Assembly: GCA_963765495.1 (NCBI GenBank)
Contig: CAVXWP010000001.1
Coordinates: forward strand, 256,001-320,000
DNA length: 64,000 nucleotides
Direction: 5' to 3'
Origin: Blastocatellia bacterium
GTDB taxonomy: Bacteria > Acidobacteriota > Blastocatellia > UBA7656
Part shown: positions 58,952 to 64,000 of the stretch, in pieces
Layout of the letters: each line of letters starts with the position of its first letter
Position numbering within the stretch: the first letter of the stretch is position 1
Notes under the pieces: generated by a model
Told to the model about the DNA's origin: nothing
Seen by the model: the letters and a program-made list of their open reading frames with translations, nothing else
Databases searched by the model: none
Program-made: the position numbers and the translations under genes

Positions 58952-60352
58952 CTAGGGCCGGATGTTGTAATACCTGATCTTGCTGTTGAGCGTAGTCGTA
59001 TTCATTCCCAAAAGTTTTGCGGCGCGCGACTGATGGCCGCCTGTGATTTCCAGTGCGCGACGGATCAACTCGATCTGAAAGCGATTCACTTCATCATAGA
59101 AAGAGACGCCGCGCGACAAATCCATCTGCGATGCCAGGGTTTGCCCGCCCGTCTGCGCGGCGGCTTTTTGAGGATTGAGCACTTCTTCGCGCAAATCGCT
59201 CCGCTCGATGATCGAGCCGCGCGCTATTATAACGGCGCGCTCGATAACGTTTTCAAGCTCGCGCACATTGCCCGGCCAGTTGTACGCTTCAAGCAGCGAC
59301 AGGACCTCCGGGCTGATCTGATCGTATAGTTGCCTCGCGTTTTCCGCCGAGTACTTGCGAATGAAATGTTTTGCGAGCGGAAGAATATCCTCCCGGCGAT
59401 CACGCAAAGGAGGAAGGCTGATCTGAATCACGTTTAGCCTGTAATAGAGGTCTTCACGGAAAGCGCCTTCATCAACCGCCTGTTTAAGGTCTACATTGGT
59501 CGCGGTAATAACGCGCACATCCACCTGCCGACGAGTGGTGTCGCCTAAGGGTGTGAAATCGCGTTCCTGAATTACTCTGAGAAGTTTCGCCTGCGTCTCC
59601 ATCGAGATAGTGCCCATCTCGTCGAGGAAGATCGAGCCGCCGTCGGCTACCTCGAAGTATCCCTTTTTGGCCGCCACCGCGCCTGTGAATGCGCCGCGAA
59701 CGTGACCGAACAACTCCGATTCGAGCAGTTCGGTTGGGAGGTTCGCGGAGTTTACGGTTACAAAAGGCTTGTCGGCTCGCTGGCTGTGATTATGAATGGC
59801 GCGGGCGATCAATTCCTTGCCCGTACCGCTTTCGCCCGTGATGAGCACCGTCGAACGCGCGGGCGCTACCTGCTCGACGAACGAGAGAATATCGAGCATC
59901 TTGTTGCTGCGCGCTATTATCTCTTTAGCGGCGGTGCTGCGTTTGAGCGTATGTCTGAGCACGTGGCGCTCTTCGTCCTTGCGTCGCCGTCTGATGCCAG
60001 CCGCGATCAGCCCGAGGATTTCTCTGTTATCGAAAGGCTTCTTTATACAGTTGAACGCGCCGCGCTGCCACGCCGATATTGCCGTATCGAAGGTGGCGTA
60101 AGCGGTGATCATTATGATCACTGCTTCGGAGTCGAGTTTTAGTATTTCTTCGAGTGTCCTGAGCCCGCCCATGCCGGGCATCGAGACATCGAGCAAGACT
60201 ACGTCAACGGGCCGTTGCTGAAATTTATCTATCCCCTCTTCTCCCGTGCGTGCAAGGTCTACCTGATAACCTTCTCCCGTGAGCAGGCTTTCAAGCACAT
60301 CGCGCATAACTTCCTCGTCGTCCACGACAAGGATATTCTCTTTTTTTGCCAT
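58952..60352 (-). CDS. Sigma-54-dependent response regulator (NtrC/AtoC family)
   Basis: Receiver (ILVVDDE, LLDVSMP); GESGTGKE; ELFGHVRGAFTGA; FLDE; FREDLYYRL; WPGNVRELEN; Fis-type HTH. Confidence 0.95.
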   Translation of the reverse strand: MAKKENILVVDDEEVMRDVLESLLTGEGYQVDLARTGEEGIDKFQQRPVDVVLLDVSMPGMGGLRTLEEILKLDSEAVIIMITAYATFDTAISAWQRGAFNCIKKPFDNREILGLIAAGIRRRRKDEERHVLRHTLKRSTAAKEIIARSNKMLDILSFVEQVAPARSTVLITGESGTGKELIARAIHNHSQRADKPFVTVNSANLPTELLESELFGHVRGAFTGAVAAKKGYFEVADGGSIFLDEMGTISMETQAKLLRVIQERDFTPLGDTTRRQVDVRVITATNVDLKQAVDEGAFREDLYYRLNVIQISLPPLRDRREDILPLAKHFIRKYSAENARQLYDQISPEVLSLLEAYNWPGNVRELENVIERAVIIARGSIIERSDLREEVLNPQKAAAQTGGQTLASQMDLSRGVSFYDEVNRFQIELIRRALEITGGHQSRAAKLLGMNTTTLNSKIRYYNIRP

Positions 60353-60418
60353 AGAGTAAAATTTTACCAACTGGCGGCCACTGACAGCCAGCAAGTTGCG
60401 CCCAAAAGAATTGGGCGA

Positions 60419-63400
60419 TCACTTTTCCCAGAAAAACTTGGTCCGCGCTCTGGCTTCCGGGTAGACCTCATTCATGTTGTCTGTGTCGTAGAGCACGCCG
60501 TTTATCATCACGTAGCGGATCGTCCGGGTGTTCTGGATGTTTTCAAGCGGATTCTTATCCATCACCATCAGATCGGCCAGTTTCCCCGCTTCAAGCGAGC
60601 CGATGTCTTTTTCGAATCCAAGATACTCCGCGCCGTAAAGCGTGCCGCAACGTATCGCCTCAAGCGGTGTCAATCCTCCCTGCTGGAGCATCCATAACTC
60701 CCAGTGCGCGCCCAACCCCTGAAGCTGACCGTGCGCCCCAAGCTGGGCGCGGCCTCCTGCGCGCACTATATCTTTTACCGAGCGCGACAGGTCGATGTGA
60801 TAGAAATCGTCTTCGGGTACCATCATCCGGCGGCGCGAGCGCGCATCGACTACGCTGCGGGGCACGAAGCGCAACAGCCGTTCGTTCTCCCACACGTTCG
60901 TATGCTGATACCAGTAATTCTCACCCCAGATGCCGCCGTAGCCTACGATGAGTGTCGGCGTGTACCCGCTCTTGCTTCGCGCAAACAACGTGACCGCGTC
61001 TTTGTAAAGCGGAGCCACGGGTAGGGCGTGCTCTACGCCCGTGTGCCCGTCGAGGATGTGCGTAATGTTGTAGTAGTAGGTCGAGCCGCCTTCGGGGACT
61101 ACCATCATCTCCAGGTCGCGGGCGGCCTTGATGATCTCCTGGCGCTGGTTGCGGCGCGGCTGATTGTAGCTCTTTACGCTGATCGCGCCCACGGCCTTGA
61201 GCCGTTCGATGTTTGCCTTTGCGTCTTCATAGCTGTTGATGACCGCCTTTTCGGGATTGTCCGCGCCGTAGAGGATAAAGCCCGTTGAAAAGATTCGCGG
61301 GCCTGCCATCACCCCGGCCTTGACCATCTCCGATTGCGCGAAGACCATCTGCGTCGAGGCCGACGGATCGTGTGTGGTCGTGACTCCGAAGGCGAGATTG
61401 GCGTAGTAAGGCCATTGCTTTTCGGGCATGATGTCGAGCGCGTTATAGCCCATGTGCGAGTGGACATCAATGAGGCCGGGCATGATGGTCTTGCCCGCCA
61501 TGTCGATTTTTCGCACCCCTGCCGGGATGCTGATATTTGCGCCGATTGCCTTTATGCGATTGTCTTCGATAAGGATGCTGCCTCGTTCGATCACCTCGTC
61601 GCCCTTCATAGTGATGATGCGAGCGTTTGTCAGGGCGATCTGTCCGTGTGGCTTTGCGCTATCGAATTCAAAGCCTATCTTTGTGCTTGCGGGCGCGGGC
61701 GGCTTCTCGTCTTTTTCGAGTTTTCTGAAGATATTGTCGAGCGATTGCTGGTAAAAATTCTCGCCCAGCGTCCACTCTACCTTCCGGCTGTCGGCAGACC
61801 AGTCAAGCCAGTCGCCCGAACCTTCGGCGACCGCGTTGACCGGCACGAGTTTTTCCGTGGCGCTCAGTTTCAGGGTCTTTCCCGTCTTTGGAAACGGCGC
61901 GAGGTAAAGCTTGTGCAGCTCCTTGAAAAAGACCCAGGCGCCGTCGGGCGAGGGAATTATCTCAGAGGCGTATTTGGACTCGATGTGCTGCTGATAATCG
62001 TCGCCCGAAAGCTTTACGCTGCTCAGATAAGTCTTCGCGTCTTTCGATTCCATGAAGAAGATGCGGTCGCCTTCGGGGCTGAAAGTCAGAATCGGCATAC
62101 GGGCATTTGAGCCGCGACTCGAAAGGTCCATCACAAAATGATGCTCGCGCCCGTCCCAGTAATGGATTTCGAAATTCGATTCGCTTGCAAGGTCTTCTTC
62201 CTGATATACACTGCCGCGCCCTTTCAGATAAGCCACCCGTGTGCCGTCAGGTGAAAAGACGGGATTGGCGTATTGATCGCCGATAGTTGTGATCTTTCTG
62301 GCGTTTGAACCGTCGGCATCGGCAATCCACACCGCGCCCTTCTCTTCGTCAGACCACGTGACATAGGCGATCTTTTTGCCGTCGCGGCTAAAGGCAGGCG
62401 AGTATTCAAGGTATTTCGTATTCAGAAGTCGCTTGGGCGCGTTTGCGCCCCGCTTGACATAGAGCTTGCCGAGCGCGCTATAGATCACCGTGTCCCCGCT
62501 TTGCTTTGCCCAGCGCAGCAGTTTTGCAGTCGAGCGGTCGGGCGCTACTTCGTGATGGAATCGCACGGCATCGGCTACTTTTTGCGCTACGTGAGCGGTG
62601 AACGGTATGGGCGTGGCCTGTTTCGTTTCAATGTTGATCCTCGTGAATTTCCCCTGCGCGGTTATAACTATCGCCTTGCTGTCGGGCATCCAGTTATAGC
62701 CGGGATAGGTTCCAAAGACGGCCCAGGTCTCCTGCTGGTCGCGGGTCAGATTATCGTAGACAGGCCATTCGCGCCCGGATTCGATTTCGCGCAGGTAGAG
62801 AACCGTCTTCAAACGGTCGCGGCGAATGAATGAAAGATAGCGCCCGTCGGGCGAGACCTGCGGGCGGATTGACCCGCCCGACCCCCGCACAAAAACCGTG
62901 CGGCGGGCGTTTGTCATGTCGTAACGCTCGATCCAGTAAATGCTGTCATAGACGTTCTTGTTATAGTCAAACGCCGTGCTGTTGACGAAGTAAACGAATC
63001 GGCCTTTTGGATCAATCGCGGGCTCTCCGCTGTTGGCCGTCCAGTTTGGCTTTTCGGTCAACTGCACTCCCGTGCCGCCGCCGTTGATGTGGTACATCCA
63101 TATCTCGCCCGCGCCGAGCGAGCGCGTGTCTACGAAATGCTTTCGCACGAGCAGATACTGCCCGTCGGGCGTCCAGGCGGGGCTGTTTACAAGCCGGTAG
63201 GTCTCTTTTGTGATCTGGCGTCGGTCCTTGCCGTCCGCATCCATCACCCAGATGTTGTCGCCGCCGTCGCGGTCTGACGTAAAGGCGATCAGTTTACCAT
63301 CGGGGCTGAAGCGCGGCTGAGTCTCGTATGAAACGCCGCCCGAAAGCAACTCTGCGTGCCCTCCGGTGATCGGCATTTTATAGATGTCTCCCAGCAGGTC

Positions 63401-63616
63401 AAAGACGATCCATCGCCCGTCGGGCGACACATCCAGGCTCATCCATGTACCTTCATCCGTGTCGAATTCGATCATCGTTGAAGGCCCGTGATCGCCTTCG
63501 ACATCCCACTTTTCGGCCTTCTTTTCGGCCTCTTTCGATTCGTCCTGAAAGGGTAGAGCCTGAACAGCTACGCCAAGCCACAAAATCAGAATACAGACCA
63601 GCAGTCTTCTAACCAC
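60419..63616 (-). CDS. Exported PD40/TolB-like propeller plus amidohydrolase
   Basis: Repeated SPDG blades; PGLIDVHSH, GAHGQ, GSLEAGKLADL. GTG start at 63616 after GAGGTG. Confidence 0.9.
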   Translation of the reverse strand: MVRRLLVCILILWLGVAVQALPFQDESKEAEKKAEKWDVEGDHGPSTMIEFDTDEGTWMSLDVSPDGRWIVFDLLGDIYKMPITGGHAELLSGGVSYETQPRFSPDGKLIAFTSDRDGGDNIWVMDADGKDRRQITKETYRLVNSPAWTPDGQYLLVRKHFVDTRSLGAGEIWMYHINGGGTGVQLTEKPNWTANSGEPAIDPKGRFVYFVNSTAFDYNKNVYDSIYWIERYDMTNARRTVFVRGSGGSIRPQVSPDGRYLSFIRRDRLKTVLYLREIESGREWPVYDNLTRDQQETWAVFGTYPGYNWMPDSKAIVITAQGKFTRINIETKQATPIPFTAHVAQKVADAVRFHHEVAPDRSTAKLLRWAKQSGDTVIYSALGKLYVKRGANAPKRLLNTKYLEYSPAFSRDGKKIAYVTWSDEEKGAVWIADADGSNARKITTIGDQYANPVFSPDGTRVAYLKGRGSVYQEEDLASESNFEIHYWDGREHHFVMDLSSRGSNARMPILTFSPEGDRIFFMESKDAKTYLSSVKLSGDDYQQHIESKYASEIIPSPDGAWVFFKELHKLYLAPFPKTGKTLKLSATEKLVPVNAVAEGSGDWLDWSADSRKVEWTLGENFYQQSLDNIFRKLEKDEKPPAPASTKIGFEFDSAKPHGQIALTNARIITMKGDEVIERGSILIEDNRIKAIGANISIPAGVRKIDMAGKTIMPGLIDVHSHMGYNALDIMPEKQWPYYANLAFGVTTTHDPSASTQMVFAQSEMVKAGVMAGPRIFSTGFILYGADNPEKAVINSYEDAKANIERLKAVGAISVKSYNQPRRNQRQEIIKAARDLEMMVVPEGGSTYYYNITHILDGHTGVEHALPVAPLYKDAVTLFARSKSGYTPTLIVGYGGIWGENYWYQHTNVWENERLLRFVPRSVVDARSRRRMMVPEDDFYHIDLSRSVKDIVRAGGRAQLGAHGQLQGLGAHWELWMLQQGGLTPLEAIRCGTLYGAEYLGFEKDIGSLEAGKLADLMVMDKNPLENIQNTRTIRYVMINGVLYDTDNMNEVYPEARARTKFFWEK

Positions 63617-63672
63617 AGTTTCACCTCGCAGATTCTTAAGTCGGTTTGGATTGAACAAGATTAGCATAAACC

Positions 63673-63772
63673 TGATGCGTGATGCGTTCAATGATGCGTG
63701 AAGAGTGATTCGTGACTTTCAGCAAGGGCGCAGGTTTGAGACAACTCGCAAGCTTGCTCGAATCACGCATCA
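63673..63772. repeat. GCGTGAT-family palindromic element
   Basis: TGATGCGTGATGCG...GATGCGTGAAGAGTGATTCGTGA ... TCACGCATCA; contains the stop of the upstream gene. Confidence 0.75.
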
Positions 63773-64000
63773 GCCTTACGTATAGACGGCAAAGAAACAT
63801 CCCCCGCCTTTCTGATGTCGTAAGCGATCTTGATAAACAGTTGCAGATAACCAAGTGTAGCTACCGCCAGCAAAAAGTAAGGCACAAGCGCCGGGCCAGC
63901 CTCTCCTGTCAACACTATCCCGGTCACAACCGCGAGCATCATCACCACCATGGTGATCTGATAATGGACGGTTCGGTGCCAGAGGCTGAACAGGGTTACA
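63763..64000 (-). CDS. Membrane protein, C-terminal part (starts beyond the window)
   Basis: Frame stays open to the window edge: VTLFSLWHRTVHYQITMVVMMLAVVTG...YLQLFIKIAYDIRKAG. Confidence 0.6.
   Translation of the reverse strand, partial: VTLFSLWHRTVHYQITMVVMMLAVVTGIVLTGEAGPALVPYFLLAVATLGYLQLFIKIAYDIRKAGDVSLPSIRKADA

Overview
Gene-dense bacterial chromosome segment. Gene content and style suggest Acidobacteriota, possibly Blastocatellia-like (inference). It holds about 45 CDS: housekeeping genes (intein-split dcd, guaB, proS, ptsH/ptsI, nadE, polyprenyl synthetase, hslV), an Opp-type ABC transporter without its ATPases, several large exported hydrolases, a three-gene microcompartment (BMC) cluster and an NtrC-type regulator. 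I saw no rRNA, tRNA, CRISPR array, transposase or prophage. The strongest leads are six. (1) A pspA - 2TM/coiled-coil - AAA ATPase operon sits beside a hslV that lacks hslU, and the ATPase ends in a HslU-like tail. (2) At least 16 palindromic elements have arms of 7-bp tandem repeats, mostly starting at stop codons; one lies in frame inside a gene. (3) A cohesin/dockerin/C25 protease gene shows extreme, switching C-rich and purine-rich skew. (4) There are three candidate ncRNAs, one with a sigma-54 promoter and terminator. (5) An HNH intein interrupts dCTP deaminase. (6) Two unrelated exported proteins share a Lys-rich C-terminal domain. All calls come from reading motifs by eye; no database searches or folding programs were run.
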